Below are positions 8,088-21,270 of a stretch of 25,689 nucleotides of DNA, piece after piece. Source of the DNA: Acidimicrobiia bacterium (GTDB taxonomy: Bacteria; Actinomycetota; Acidimicrobiia; Spongiisociales; Spongiisociaceae); contig JBFGLM010000056.1 in the NCBI GenBank assembly GCA_041576165.1, positions 1-25,689 on the forward strand. Reading direction: 5' to 3'. Both the position numbers and the translations under genes were made by a program. Each line of letters starts with the position of its first letter. Position 1 is the stretch's first letter. Under the pieces are notes generated by a model that saw nothing but the letters and a program-made list of their open reading frames with translations, had not been told where the DNA came from and made no database searches.

Positions 8088-8133
8088 ATAAGCCGGGCGA
8101 CCCATGGACGCGTAACGATCGGACCGGCATAGT
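8088..8133 (+). promoter_or_regulatory. Cassette 3 operator-like box and promoter
   Basis: ATAAGCC-N4-GACCCAT (8088-8105); -35 TGGACG 8105-8110, 17 nt, -10 CATAGT 8128-8133. Confidence 0.7.
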
Positions 8134-8139
8134 GCGAAC

Positions 8140-8217
8140 ACGGAACCAGGCGGTTTCGGACTCTCAGCCAGGGGAGTGCATCAGCCAGGGTGCATTGGAG
8201 TCCGGAACCGCTTTTTC
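8140..8217 (+). ncRNA. Putative small RNA, copy 3
   Basis: 17-bp basal stem 8148-8164/8197-8213, bulge CAGCCAGGGG, upper stem 8175-8182/8189-8196 with AGCCAG loop, TTTTT tail. Confidence 0.7.
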
Positions 8218-8323
8218 CGCGTTTGGGTCGTTCATGTCGCCGTGGCTCGCCGCGCGCCACGGTCGGCATCCCGGGCCCGTGAGGCCTCGGGCTGGGCCTC
8301 GCACCGAGTCCTCAGATCTGCCC

Positions 8324-8353
8324 TTGACCTCGATCGCGAGTGCGTTGTATCGT
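8324..8353 (+). promoter_or_regulatory. Distal rpoBC promoter candidate
   Basis: TTGACC, 18-nt spacer, TATCGT. Confidence 0.6.
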
Positions 8354-8500
8354 CTTTTCCACAAGAGGCGGGTAACGCCCGCCGGTAATGACGTGTTGTA
8401 ACGGTGGCTGGCGACTCCGCAGCAGGCGACCTTCGGTTGCCGGGCAGGAGTTCGAGGCCCGCACGGCCGACGAACCGGCCGGACACATTAGTAGAACACG

Positions 8501-8538
8501 TTGTCCATTTAGGACAAGGTAGCCGCGTGTGCTATCTT
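8501..8538 (+). promoter_or_regulatory. Proximal rpoBC promoter candidate with a palindrome over the -35 region
   Basis: Extended -10 TG-C-TATCTT (8530-8538); TTGTCC-N5-GGACAA at 8501-8517. Confidence 0.5.
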
Positions 8539-8588
8539 GTCGTTTCGTCGTCTGCACGTTCCTAACCCTGGGCCCTTAGGAGGAATCG

Positions 8589-11500
8589 TTGGCTGTAGCC
8601 CGCGTCGCCGAGCGTCTGTCGTTCGCGAAAATCCCGGAAGTTCTCCCGCTCCCTGACCTACTTGCTGTTCAGCACGAATCGTTCCATTGGTTCCTCGAAG
8701 AGGGACTCGCCGACATCTTCGACCAGATTTCACCGATCGAGGATTTCTCCGGCAGCCTGGCGCTCGAACTGACCGATCACCGCTTCGGTGATCCGCTCCA
8801 GTCGATCGAAGAGTGCAAAGAACGAGACGCCAACTACTCGCGGCCGCTGTTCGTGACTGCGCGGTTCGTCAATCGCCAGACCGGGGAGATCAAAGAACAG
8901 CAAGTGTTCCTCGGGGACTTCCCGATGATGACCGGCAACGGCACCTTCATCATCAACGGTACCGAGCGCGTTGTCGTATCACAGCTGGTCCGCTCACCCG
9001 GTGTGTACTTCGATCAGACGCTCGACAAGACCTCGGATGTGGACATTTTCACGGCCAAGATCATTCCCGGCCGCGGCGCGTGGCTTGAGTTCGACACCGA
9101 CAAACGAGACACCATCGGCGTACGGGTCGACCGCAAGCGCCGCCAGTACGTATCGGCCTTCTTGCGAGCGTTGGACATCGCCGACAGCGACGAGGAGATC
9201 CTTGAACTCTTCGACGGTGCCGAGTCGATCCGGATGACGCTCGAGCGTGACACTGCGGTTGACAAAGATGAGGCCCTGCTCGACCTCTACCGCAAACTCC
9301 GACCGGGCGAGCCGACGACTGTGGAGTCGGCCCGGGGTCTCATTCAGACGCTGTTCAAGAACCCCAAGCGGTATGACCTCACCCGAGTCGGTCGGTACAA
9401 GCTCAATCAGAAGTTCGACCTGCCCGACGACTATCGGACGGACGACGGCTTGCTCAGCGAGGAGGACATCGTCGATGCAATTCGGTATCTCGTGCATCTG
9501 CATCAGGGTGAGCAGAAGTTCACCACAACGCGCGGCACGGAAATCGACGTCCGGACCGATGACATCGACCATTTCGGGAACCGCCGCATCCGGACTGTGG
9601 GCGAACTGATCCAGAATCAGGTGCGAGTCGGGTTGACCCGTCTCGAGCGGGTCGTCAAGGAACGGATGACCACCCAGGACCCCGAGTCGATCACGCCACA
9701 GAGTTTGATCAACATCCGCCCGGTGGTCGCCTCCATCAAAGAGTTCTTCGGCACGAGCCAGCTGAGCCAGTTCATGGACCAGCCGAACCCGCTCGCCGGG
9801 CTCACTCACCGGCGCCGGCTGTCGGCATTGGGTCCCGGGGGCCTCTCGCGGGAGCGGGCCGGTTTCGAGGTGCGAGACGTTCATCCCTCTCACTACGGCC
9901 GTATGTGCCCGATCGAGACTCCGGAGGGACCGAACATCGGTCTGATCGGGTCGCTCGCCACGTTCGCCCGGGTCAACCGCTACGGGTTCATCGAGACACC
10001 GTACCGCCGAGTGCAGGACGGCAAGGTCGGCAACAAAGTGGCCTATCTGACTGCAGCCGAGGAGGAGCGGTACGTCATCGCTCAGGCCAACGCGCCCCTC
10101 AGCGAGGACGGGAGCTTCGTCAACGACCGGGTGCTGGTCCGGCGGGCCGGTGGTGAGGTCGACTATGTGACGCCTGCAGAGGTCGATTACATGGACGTTT
10201 CCCCGAAGCAGCTGGTGTCGGTTTCGACCGCCCTGATCCCGTTCCTGGAGCATGACGACGCCAACCGAGCGCTCATGGGCTCCAACATGCAGCGTCAAGC
10301 GGTCCCGTTGTTGCGTTCGGACGCTCCCCTGGTCGGTACCGGCGTGGAGCGGCGGGCCGCACAGGACTCGGGTGACATGGTCATCAGCCCCGTGTCGGGC
10401 GAGGTGACCGAGGTCACCGGCGACCACATCGTCATCAAGGACAAGTCGAACACCAAGCACACCTTCGATCTGAAGAAGTTCGAGCGGTCCAACCAGGGGA
10501 CCTCGATCAATCAGAAACCGATCGTGGTTCCGGGCCAGAAGGTGAAGGAGGGTGAGGTCCTGGCGGATGGCCCCTCAACCGATCTCGGAGAGCTGGCGCT
10601 CGGCCGCAACCTGCTGGTGGCGTTCATGCCGTGGGAGGGCCACAACTTCGAGGATGCGATCATCCTCAGCGAGCGCCTCGTCAAAGATGACACGCTCACC
10701 TCGATCCATATCGAGGAGCACGAGATCGACGCCCGCGACACCAAATTGGGCGCGGAGGAGATCACCCGGGACATCCCCAATGTCGCCGAGGAGGTACTGC
10801 GCGACCTCGACGAGGACGGCATCATCCGGATCGGTGCCGAGGTCGGCCCCGGTGACTATCTCGTCGGGAAGGTCACGCCTAAGGGTGAGACCGAACTCAC
10901 CCCCGAAGAGCGTCTTCTGCGTGCGATCTTCGGTGAAAAGGCCCGCGAAGTCCGTGATACCTCGCTCAAGGTGCCGCACGGTGAGTCGGGCAAGGTCATA
11001 GACGTCAAGGTGTTCCGTCGGGAAGAGGGCTTCGACCTGCCCCCCGGGGTGAACGAGCTGGTCCGGGTGTACGTGGCGAGCCAGCGCAAGTTCTCAGAGG
11101 GCGACAAGCTCTCCGGACGCCACGGCAACAAGGGCGTGATCGCCAAGATCTTGCCCGAAGAGGACATGCCCTTCATGAAAGACGGTACGCCGGTCGACAT
11201 CATCCTGTCGCCGCTCGGTGTTCCGTCTCGCATGAACCTGGGCCAGGTGCTCGAGACGCACTTGGGCTGGGCGGCGGCGCAGGGATGGGAACCCTTCGAT
11301 GACCCGAGTCCGCTGCAAGGAGGGGCCGAGCCCTGGACCAAGGTGGCTACCCCGGTGTTCGACGGGGCTCAGGAGGACGAGATCTCTCAGGTCCTGGCCC
11401 GCACCCTGCCGAACCGGGATGACGAGAAGATGGTCGACGAGAACGGCAAGGCCGTGCTGATCGACGGCCGGACCGGGGTGCCGTTCGATACCCCGATCAC

Positions 11501-11951
11501 GGTGGGATACATCTACATCCTCAAACTGGTCCACCTCGTGGATGACAAGATCCACGCTCGTTCGACCGGACCGTACTCGATGATCACCCAGCAGCCGCTG
11601 GGCGGGAAGGCCCAGTTCGGCGGTCAGCGGTTCGGTGAGATGGAGGTGTGGGCCCTCGAGGCCTACGGCGCTGCGTATGCCCTACAGGAGCTCCTCACCA
11701 TCAAATCCGACGACGTCATGGGACGGGTCAAGGTCTACGAGGCGATCGTCAAGGGCGAGAACATCCCCGAACCCGGAATCCCGGAGTCTTTCAAGGTCCT
11801 GATCAAAGAGATGCAGAGCCTCTGCCTCAACGTCGAGATGCTCTCGGCTGGTGAGGAAGTGGAGCTGAAGGAGCTCGACGAGGACGTGTTCCGCACGGCC
11901 GAGTCGCTCGGGATTGATCTGTCGCGGCCGGAGCGTCGCGAGGACACCTGA
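8589..11951 (+). CDS. rpoB: DNA-directed RNA polymerase subunit beta
   Basis: [21 protein letters not shown], rifampicin-resistance region SQLSQFMDQ...[34 protein letters not shown]; TTG start after AGGAGG. Confidence 0.99.
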   Translation: MAVARVAERLSFAKIPEVLPLPDLLAVQHESFHWFLEEGLADIFDQISPIEDFSGSLALELTDHRFGDPLQSIEECKERDANYSRPLFVTARFVNRQTGEIKEQQVFLGDFPMMTGNGTFIINGTERVVVSQLVRSPGVYFDQTLDKTSDVDIFTAKIIPGRGAWLEFDTDKRDTIGVRVDRKRRQYVSAFLRALDIADSDEEILELFDGAESIRMTLERDTAVDKDEALLDLYRKLRPGEPTTVESARGLIQTLFKNPKRYDLTRVGRYKLNQKFDLPDDYRTDDGLLSEEDIVDAIRYLVHLHQGEQKFTTTRGTEIDVRTDDIDHFGNRRIRTVGELIQNQVRVGLTRLERVVKERMTTQDPESITPQSLINIRPVVASIKEFFGTSQLSQFMDQPNPLAGLTHRRRLSALGPGGLSRERAGFEVRDVHPSHYGRMCPIETPEGPNIGLIGSLATFARVNRYGFIETPYRRVQDGKVGNKVAYLTAAEEERYVIAQANAPLSEDGSFVNDRVLVRRAGGEVDYVTPAEVDYMDVSPKQLVSVSTALIPFLEHDDANRALMGSNMQRQAVPLLRSDAPLVGTGVERRAAQDSGDMVISPVSGEVTEVTGDHIVIKDKSNTKHTFDLKKFERSNQGTSINQKPIVVPGQKVKEGEVLADGPSTDLGELALGRNLLVAFMPWEGHNFEDAIILSERLVKDDTLTSIHIEEHEIDARDTKLGAEEITRDIPNVAEEVLRDLDEDGIIRIGAEVGPGDYLVGKVTPKGETELTPEERLLRAIFGEKAREVRDTSLKVPHGESGKVIDVKVFRREEGFDLPPGVNELVRVYVASQRKFSEGDKLSGRHGNKGVIAKILPEEDMPFMKDGTPVDIILSPLGVPSRMNLGQVLETHLGWAAAQGWEPFDDPSPLQGGAEPWTKVATPVFDGAQEDEISQVLARTLPNRDDEKMVDENGKAVLIDGRTGVPFDTPITVGYIYILKLVHLVDDKIHARSTGPYSMITQQPLGGKAQFGGQRFGEMEVWALEAYGAAYALQELLTIKSDDVMGRVKVYEAIVKGENIPEPGIPESFKVLIKEMQSLCLNVEMLSAGEEVELKELDEDVFRTAESLGIDLSRPERREDT

Positions 11952-11996
11952 TCGAGTGCATCCGGCAACTCCACTTGAACACAGGAAAGGAGCAGC

Positions 11997-15908
<3,912 letters not shown>

Positions 15909-15924
15909 TCGGCGGCGTCCGAGG

Positions 15925-15964
15925 ACATGTGGAAGCCCCGGAGGTGATCCGGGGCTTCCGTGTT
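15925..15964 (+). terminator. Intrinsic terminator after rpoC
   Basis: Perfect stem GGAAGCCCCGGA-GGTGA-TCCGGGGCTTCC followed by GTGTT. Confidence 0.8.
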
Positions 15965-16034
15965 GACTACCCGCGACGCACGATGGAACGAATCCCTTCG
16001 GGATGCCGTCCAATTCCGCGTGACACGAGGCGCG

Positions 16035-16574
16035 GTGAGCGAACGACCTGAAGCCGAATTGGTTCGGCGGGCGGCAGCAGCGGATGTGGCCGCGTTCACC
16101 GAGCTCGTTCGACGCCACGATGGAGCGCAGCGAGCTTACGCCTACCGGTTCCTGGCGGGCGACTTCGCGCTGATGGATGACGCCCTGCAGGAGGCGTACA
16201 TCGAGGCGTTCCGCAACCTCGGGCGCTTCCGCGGCGAGTCGGCGTTCGCGACGTGGCATCGTGCACAACTGTTGCATCGACGCCCTCCGGCGCCGGTGGG
16301 AGGTGGCCGCACCGGACGTGAGTCCCACCCCGGGTGTCGATCATTTGGATTCTGTCGTGACCCGGGTGGCGGTGGCAGGCGCCCTCGACGGCCTGCCGGC
16401 GGTGCATCGAGGCGTTGTCCTGCTTATCGACGTGCTCGGACTCGCCTACCGCGAAGCGGCCGCGGTGCTGGGTATGCGGTCGGCACGGTCCGTTCCCGGC
16501 TCGCTCGGACCCGAGCTGTGTTGCGGGAAGCTCTGGGGGAGCTGCATGTATCAGCTCTGGAGCCACCTTGGTGA
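16035..16574 (+). pseudogene. ECF sigma factor with two frameshifts
   Basis: Region 2 (DDALQEAYIEAF...FRGESAFATW) is in one frame, IVHNCCIDALRRR...LAYREAAAVLG in a second, and AVGTVRSRLAR back in the first; shifts near 16256 and 16475. Confidence 0.85.
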
Positions 16575-16575
16575 T

Positions 16576-17220
16576 GAGCATCTGGTCTCACTGATCATGT
16601 CACTGCGGGGGGTAGAGGGGCTCAACGCCGGAGACGTTGATCTCCGCACGACTGCCGACACGCAGCGTATCGATGGTGGCCGGCCACCCTGGTCGGCTCC
16701 GCCGGTGGCGCCGGCCGAGCTGCCGGCCGTTTTCGCCGGCTCGACGGACCCGGCGCTCACCCTGGTGGGGATCGAAGACCTCGTTCCGGGCGCCACCATC
16801 CGGGCGGTCAACGGCTACTCGTGGGGGGCGGCGTGGGACGCACCGAACGGGTCCCGGTCCCGACGGGAGCAATCAGCCGTGCGAGGCTTGCGGCAGGGGT
16901 GTCATCGGCCTCGCGGGCTTCGCCCCGGACGTGGCCTCCGGCGCGACGCCGGACCAGACGCGACCGTGGCTGGCGGTCGTGGAGTGGTCCGATGGCTCCA
17001 TCGCCTACATCGGGTGGCGGTTTGTCGATCTGGCCCTCCCGCTCGACGCGGCGCGGGTCCCGGCCTCGGACACGGGCAAGCCGGTTGCCGACGGAGTGGA
17101 GGCGCGGATTGTGGTCGAGGGTGTGCCAGACGAAGTGATTGTGTGGAGTCACCTCGGTCTCGATCACCCTCTCTCGGTGATCGACAATCTCCGTTTGTGG
17201 ACTGATGAGGCATCGACCAG
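16576..17220 (+). pseudogene. Degraded gene remnant downstream of the ECF pseudogene (possible anti-sigma or secreted partner)
   Basis: Protein-like sequence switches frame near 16850 (GGTCCC duplication) and has no stop of its own before the cupin. Family not recognised. Confidence 0.4.
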
Positions 17221-17254
17221 GCGGGCCGGTGATGTGGGCTGGTACCTTCCCCGG

Positions 17255-17578
17255 ATGACCGATTGGCATCACACTGCGGCCGCCGCCGCCGCCCGGCCGC
17301 CCATACCTCCCAATCCTGCAGCACTGCTGCTGGCGCACGGCACGATGGAACTGGAGTGGTATGCGCCGCGCGGCGAAGATGCCCAGACGCCTCACGACCA
17401 AGACGAGCTCTATTTTGTGGTGACCGGATCCGGGCGGTTCGTTCGCGGCGAGGAAACAATCACCTTCGGACCAGGTGACGCGATATTCGTACCGGCTGGC
17501 GTGGAGCACCGGTTCGTCGATTTCAGCGATGATTTCGGAACCTGGGTCGTTTTCTGGGGACCCACCGGCGGGGAGTAG
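17255..17578 (+). CDS. Cupin domain protein (107 aa), probably leaderless
   Basis: QTPHDQDELYFVVTGSG and GPGDAIFVPAGVEHRF cupin motifs; TACCTT -10 six nt before ATG 17255. Confidence 0.88.
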   Translation: MTDWHHTAAAAAARPPIPPNPAALLLAHGTMELEWYAPRGEDAQTPHDQDELYFVVTGSGRFVRGEETITFGPGDAIFVPAGVEHRFVDFSDDFGTWVVFWGPTGGE

Positions 17579-17679
17579 GGACGAGCAGATCACAGCGTCG
17601 TCCTCGCGACCCGAGCGGCGTGCAACCTAGGCCCGAGAATTGAAGCGGGACCACGGTTGTGGCAACGTCACGAACTTCG

Positions 17680-18411
17680 ATGACCTTCGAACTCGCCGTC
17701 CAGATCGGCCTGATCATATCCGTTGCCTCAGTCGTCGCGACCGTGGCCGGTTTCGGGAATTCACTGGTCGCGATGCCGCTGTTGATCAGCTTCGTCGGGG
17801 TGCGCACTGCCGCGCCGCTCATGGCTCTGGCCGGCCTCCTCACGTGGGCGATCCGCTTCGTCGTTCTGCGACGCCAGGTGAGGTACGGGCTGATCCGCCA
17901 GGTGATCGCAGCCTCTTTGGTCACCATCCCAGTCGGAGTGGCGTTCGTGTCGTACGGTCCCGAAGTGTGGCTGCGAACCACCCTTGGGGTGATGACCGTG
18001 GCCTATGTCGTGTACCGCTGGGCCGGCCGCAAGGTCCCGAGTGTGGAAGCCCCCGCCTGGGGCCTCGGGGTCGGGGCCGTGGGCGGCGTATTGTCGGGTG
18101 CATTCAACACGGCCGGCCCCGTCATCGTCATGTACGGCGACGCCCGCCGCTGGGCGCCGGATGAGTTCCGAGCCAACCTGGCCCTCTACTTCTTCACCAA
18201 CCTGATCATGGTCAACGCCACCCATGCTGTGGCGGGCAATATCAGCGAGGTGGTGTGGGCCGGATTCCTCGTCAGCGTGCCGTTCGTGATCGGCGGCCTC
18301 TGGATCGGAACGCGGCTAGTGCGCCGGGTCAACCGAGACCGATTCTCTCAAATCGTGCTGATCCTCCTGCTGGCCCTGGGCCTTCGCCTCGCATTGTCAT
18401 GGCTGTTCTGA
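17680..18411 (+). CDS. Sulfite exporter TauE/SafE (TSUP) family membrane protein
   Basis: About 8 hydrophobic segments with AGFGNSLVAMPLL and GGVLSGAFNTAGP motifs; alternative GTG start at 17659. Confidence 0.9.
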   Translation: MTFELAVQIGLIISVASVVATVAGFGNSLVAMPLLISFVGVRTAAPLMALAGLLTWAIRFVVLRRQVRYGLIRQVIAASLVTIPVGVAFVSYGPEVWLRTTLGVMTVAYVVYRWAGRKVPSVEAPAWGLGVGAVGGVLSGAFNTAGPVIVMYGDARRWAPDEFRANLALYFFTNLIMVNATHAVAGNISEVVWAGFLVSVPFVIGGLWIGTRLVRRVNRDRFSQIVLILLLALGLRLALSWLF

Positions 18412-18605
18412 GTGTGACCTCAGCAGGGCAGGGCGGATCGGCGATCGCCGGTAATCGCTCGCGCGTCAGGCAGAGGTCCTCCGGGAGTTGGGGCGCTTCG
18501 AGTCCCACCCGGGTTGACCCGGTCGCGGCGAGCGCCACCACCAAGGGATCGTGTGCATCAGGTCCGGGGGTCGCATCGCCGACCCCCGAACCTGCGTAGA
18601 TTCGC

Positions 18606-19271
18606 TTAGGGGAGTAGCACCCGGTTGATGCCGTGAATGATGTCGTCACCGGCCGGGATATCGGCGAGTTTGCGGATCACGAGAATCTTGCGGCTGTCCT
18701 TGCCGCCGAGATTGAGGACGTCGTTGGTGTCGCGCAAGATCACGCGTCGCCCCTTCAGCCCTTCGACGGTCACCGTGCCGCCGTTCAGCATGGGCAGCGG
18801 GGTGGGATCGAGCGTTTTCGCGACGTCGAATGGAACGGCCCCCAGTTCATTGGAAACGTGGTACAGCAGGACCTCGTCGAGCAGCCCGCCGCCCCCGCCT
18901 CCGGTGGCGGCGATGATGAGCTCTGCTATCTCGGCCTCAGACGAGCGGTAGGCGGTTCGCTTGGCATCCCGCCATTTTGCCCCGCCGCTGCGCTCCAGCT
19001 CGAACACGAGGCGCCGGAATGCCCGGTCGGTCGGTGCGAACACAGTGACGGCCCCGAGAGCGTCAGCCTCGCCGGTCGCGCTCAGCGCGTCCGCCAGCCC
19101 GGCTTCCACGACGAGTGCTACGAGGATGTCGAAGTTGGGATTGGCCGAGGCCACGCCGGCAACGCTGGCGTCGTCAGATGCGTCGCCTTTACCGTGAGCC
19201 GACGCGGGTGACGCGACGACGGCCAGGAGCATCATCGCCACCAGTAGCGCGCCGATCGATCGCTTGATCAC
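18606..19271 (-). CDS. Secreted fasciclin (FAS1) domain protein
   Basis: Signal peptide ending SPASA; FAS1 motifs VTVFAPTDRAF, VLLYHV, IIHGINRVLLP; AAGGAGAG RBS before GTG at 19271. Confidence 0.92.
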   Translation of the reverse strand: MIKRSIGALLVAMMLLAVVASPASAHGKGDASDDASVAGVASANPNFDILVALVVEAGLADALSATGEADALGAVTVFAPTDRAFRRLVFELERSGGAKWRDAKRTAYRSSEAEIAELIIAATGGGGGGLLDEVLLYHVSNELGAVPFDVAKTLDPTPLPMLNGGTVTVEGLKGRRVILRDTNDVLNLGGKDSRKILVIRKLADIPAGDDIIHGINRVLLP

Positions 19272-19300
19272 AGAACTCTCCTTCGCTGAGACACGCTTGA

Positions 19301-19326
19301 TACGGGGCAGGTCCTTCCTCTGGATG
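19301..19326 (-). promoter_or_regulatory. ECF (SigK-like) promoter candidate for the fasciclin gene
   Basis: CATCC-N17-CGTA on the minus strand, about 30 nt upstream of the start. Confidence 0.5.
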
Positions 19327-19372
19327 AACCCTTCCACCAGGGCGTCCCGTCCTCGATTACCGTGCGAGCACA

Positions 19373-21190
19373 ATGGAAACACCGGTATTCGGGATCTCGG
19401 CCGTCGTGACGATCGCGGTGCTCGCCAGCTGGGCAGCCTCGCGGTTGAACATTCCCTCCATCGTCGTTCTCCTCTCGGGTGGCGTCGTTGTGGGTCCGGC
19501 ATTGCGTCTCATCGATCCCGACGCGCTGGCCGGGGACCTGTTGCTGCCCATGGTTTCCATATCGGTGGGGGTGATCCTGTTCGAGGGAGGACTGAGCCTG
19601 CGCCTGCACGAGATCAAAGGCAATCAACGGGTGGTGTGGATGCTGGTGACGATCGGTGTGATGGTCACATGGCTGCTCGGCGCCGTTGCCGCGAGGTTCT
19701 TCCTGGACCTCCCCCAAGATGTCTCTGTGCTGCTGGGAGCGATCCTCGTCGTATCGGGGCCCACTGTGATCGGGCCGATCCTCACGAGTGTCCGCCCCTC
19801 GAAGTCGGTGTCTTCGTTGCTGAAGTGGGAGAGCATTGTCATCGACCCGATCGGGGCAATGCTGGCGGTCGTGGCCTTCGAGCTGATATTGCTCGGCGCC
19901 GAGGAACCTTCCGGAGAGATACTGCGGGGCGCGCTTCGATTCATCGTCGGGGGCATTGTGGTAGGGCTGGTGGTGGCGTACCCCACGGCGTTGGCGATCC
20001 GCCGGCACTTGATACCGGAGCGGCTGCTGCCGTTGGTGGGGATCACGGCCGCGTTGGTGGCGTTCGCCGCGGCGGATCTGATTGCGACCGAGTCGGGGTT
20101 GCTGGCGACCACCGTCCTCGGCCTGGTGCTTGCCAACACCCGCCGTTTGCGGACTGAGCCGATCATCCAGTTCTCGGAGGTGTTGCAGACGCTACTGGTG
20201 GGTGTGCTGTTCATCTTGCTCAGCGCCCGGCTCACCCGCGACCAGCTATCGGCCATCTCGTTTGGTGTGCTGGGACTCGTGGCCGTATTCGTACTGTTGG
20301 CACGTCCTGTCGCGGTCGCCCTATCCACGTGGCGCTCCCAGCTGAGTGGTCGAGAGCGGATCTTCCTGGCGGGGGTGGCGCCCCGCGGGATCGTGGCCGC
20401 CGCAGTGGCGTCGGTTTTCGCCCTGGAACTGGAAGAGGCGGGGGTGGAAGGAGCCGACGCGCTCACCCCCATCACTTTCGCGGTGATCGTCGCCACGGTG
20501 CTCGTCTATGGATTCGGCGCGGGACCGCTGGCACGCCGGCTGGGACTGGCGAAGAAGACCAACGAGGGAGTGCTCATCGTGGGGGCGGGACCGGTTGAAC
20601 GTGAGATCGGGCGAGTGCTCGCGGAAACGGGGATACCGGTCTTGTTCGCCACCACCAACCGCAGTGACGAATACGCCGCCCGGATGGCCGGCCACGCGAC
20701 GTATTACGGCAACCTGCTCGACCATGAGATCCCGTGGGATCTCGACCTGGCCGGCATCGGGCGACTGCTGGCGCTCACGCCCAATGACGAGGTGAACACC
20801 CTGGCAGCTCGGCGTTTCGCCGAGCTGTTCACGGCGGCGGAGACGTTTCAGATTCCTGCCGAGTCGGCCGGCCCCGGCATCGGCCGTACGTCGGCGGACA
20901 TGGGTGGTCGAATCCTGTTCCATCCGGAACTGACCTACGCCGAACTTGCCGAGCGCCTCCGCCGTGACGTGCGGATTCGCAAGACGAACATCACAGAGGA
21001 GTACACCGGAGCCGACCTGGAGGCCGAGATCGCGCCCGCGGGCACGGTGCTCTTCATTGTTCGTGGCAATCAGCTGTTGATCCAATCCGCCAGCAGTCCC
21101 GGATCGCTGCTGGGGCGCTCCCAGGCCGGCGATGTCGTGCTCTGGATACCGGCCGCCGTGGTGCCCACCGAAGTGGAGGCGGCGGATTGA
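19373..21190 (+). CDS. Cation:proton antiporter (CPA1/NhaP-like) with C-terminal TrkA-N/RCK-like domain
   Basis: ILFEGGL, VVSGPTVIGP, WESIVIDPIGA, APRGIVAAAVAS; GVLIVGAG Rossmann-like start after the TM region. Confidence 0.93.
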   Translation: METPVFGISAVVTIAVLASWAASRLNIPSIVVLLSGGVVVGPALRLIDPDALAGDLLLPMVSISVGVILFEGGLSLRLHEIKGNQRVVWMLVTIGVMVTWLLGAVAARFFLDLPQDVSVLLGAILVVSGPTVIGPILTSVRPSKSVSSLLKWESIVIDPIGAMLAVVAFELILLGAEEPSGEILRGALRFIVGGIVVGLVVAYPTALAIRRHLIPERLLPLVGITAALVAFAAADLIATESGLLATTVLGLVLANTRRLRTEPIIQFSEVLQTLLVGVLFILLSARLTRDQLSAISFGVLGLVAVFVLLARPVAVALSTWRSQLSGRERIFLAGVAPRGIVAAAVASVFALELEEAGVEGADALTPITFAVIVATVLVYGFGAGPLARRLGLAKKTNEGVLIVGAGPVEREIGRVLAETGIPVLFATTNRSDEYAARMAGHATYYGNLLDHEIPWDLDLAGIGRLLALTPNDEVNTLAARRFAELFTAAETFQIPAESAGPGIGRTSADMGGRILFHPELTYAELAERLRRDVRIRKTNITEEYTGADLEAEIAPAGTVLFIVRGNQLLIQSASSPGSLLGRSQAGDVVLWIPAAVVPTEVEAAD

Positions 21191-21241
21191 GCGCGCCTGA
21201 CCTCGCATGCGAGGTGCACTTCCATCGCCCAGCCTCCCACT

Positions 21242-21270
21242 TTGATCTATGCCGCCGGGCTTCCTATACT
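21242..21270 (+). promoter_or_regulatory. sigmaA promoter of the str operon
   Basis: TTGATC, 17-nt spacer, TATACT. Confidence 0.8.

Larger units (their letters stand above)
7707..8217 (+). repeat. Three diverged tandem copies of a ~130-bp box/promoter/hairpin cassette
   Basis: Shared blocks CGACCCAT(G/A)GACG-N17-CATAGTG and AGGCGGTTCCGGACTC...GCCAGG...GTGCA...CAGCCAGG...TGCA(T/C)TGGAGTCCGG(A/G)ACCGCTT; units start at 7707, 7934 and 8088. Confidence 0.93.

Noticed and set aside
7707-8217. CRISPR array, integron attC sites or REP/MITE explanation for the repeats
   Set aside because: Units are ~130 bp with irregular spacing (227 and 154 bp); no cas, integrase or transposase nearby; arms run GTT...AAC rather than the attC RYYYAAC...GTTRRRY; promoter spacing and strand-specific G-U pairs fit RNA genes better. 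A MITE origin cannot be fully excluded.
7499-8557. Short ORFs across the rplL-rpoB gap, including repeated ALESGTA peptides
   Set aside because: The peptide repeats only translate the hairpin arms; copies differ by frame-breaking indels and lack RBSs.
16637-17578. 313-aa cupin fusion protein
   Set aside because: The N-part is a frameshifted remnant; the cupin has its own -10 and ATG at 17255.
18412-18605. Small gene between the convergent TauE and fasciclin genes
   Set aside because: ORFs overlap the neighbours, with no RBS or recognisable motif.
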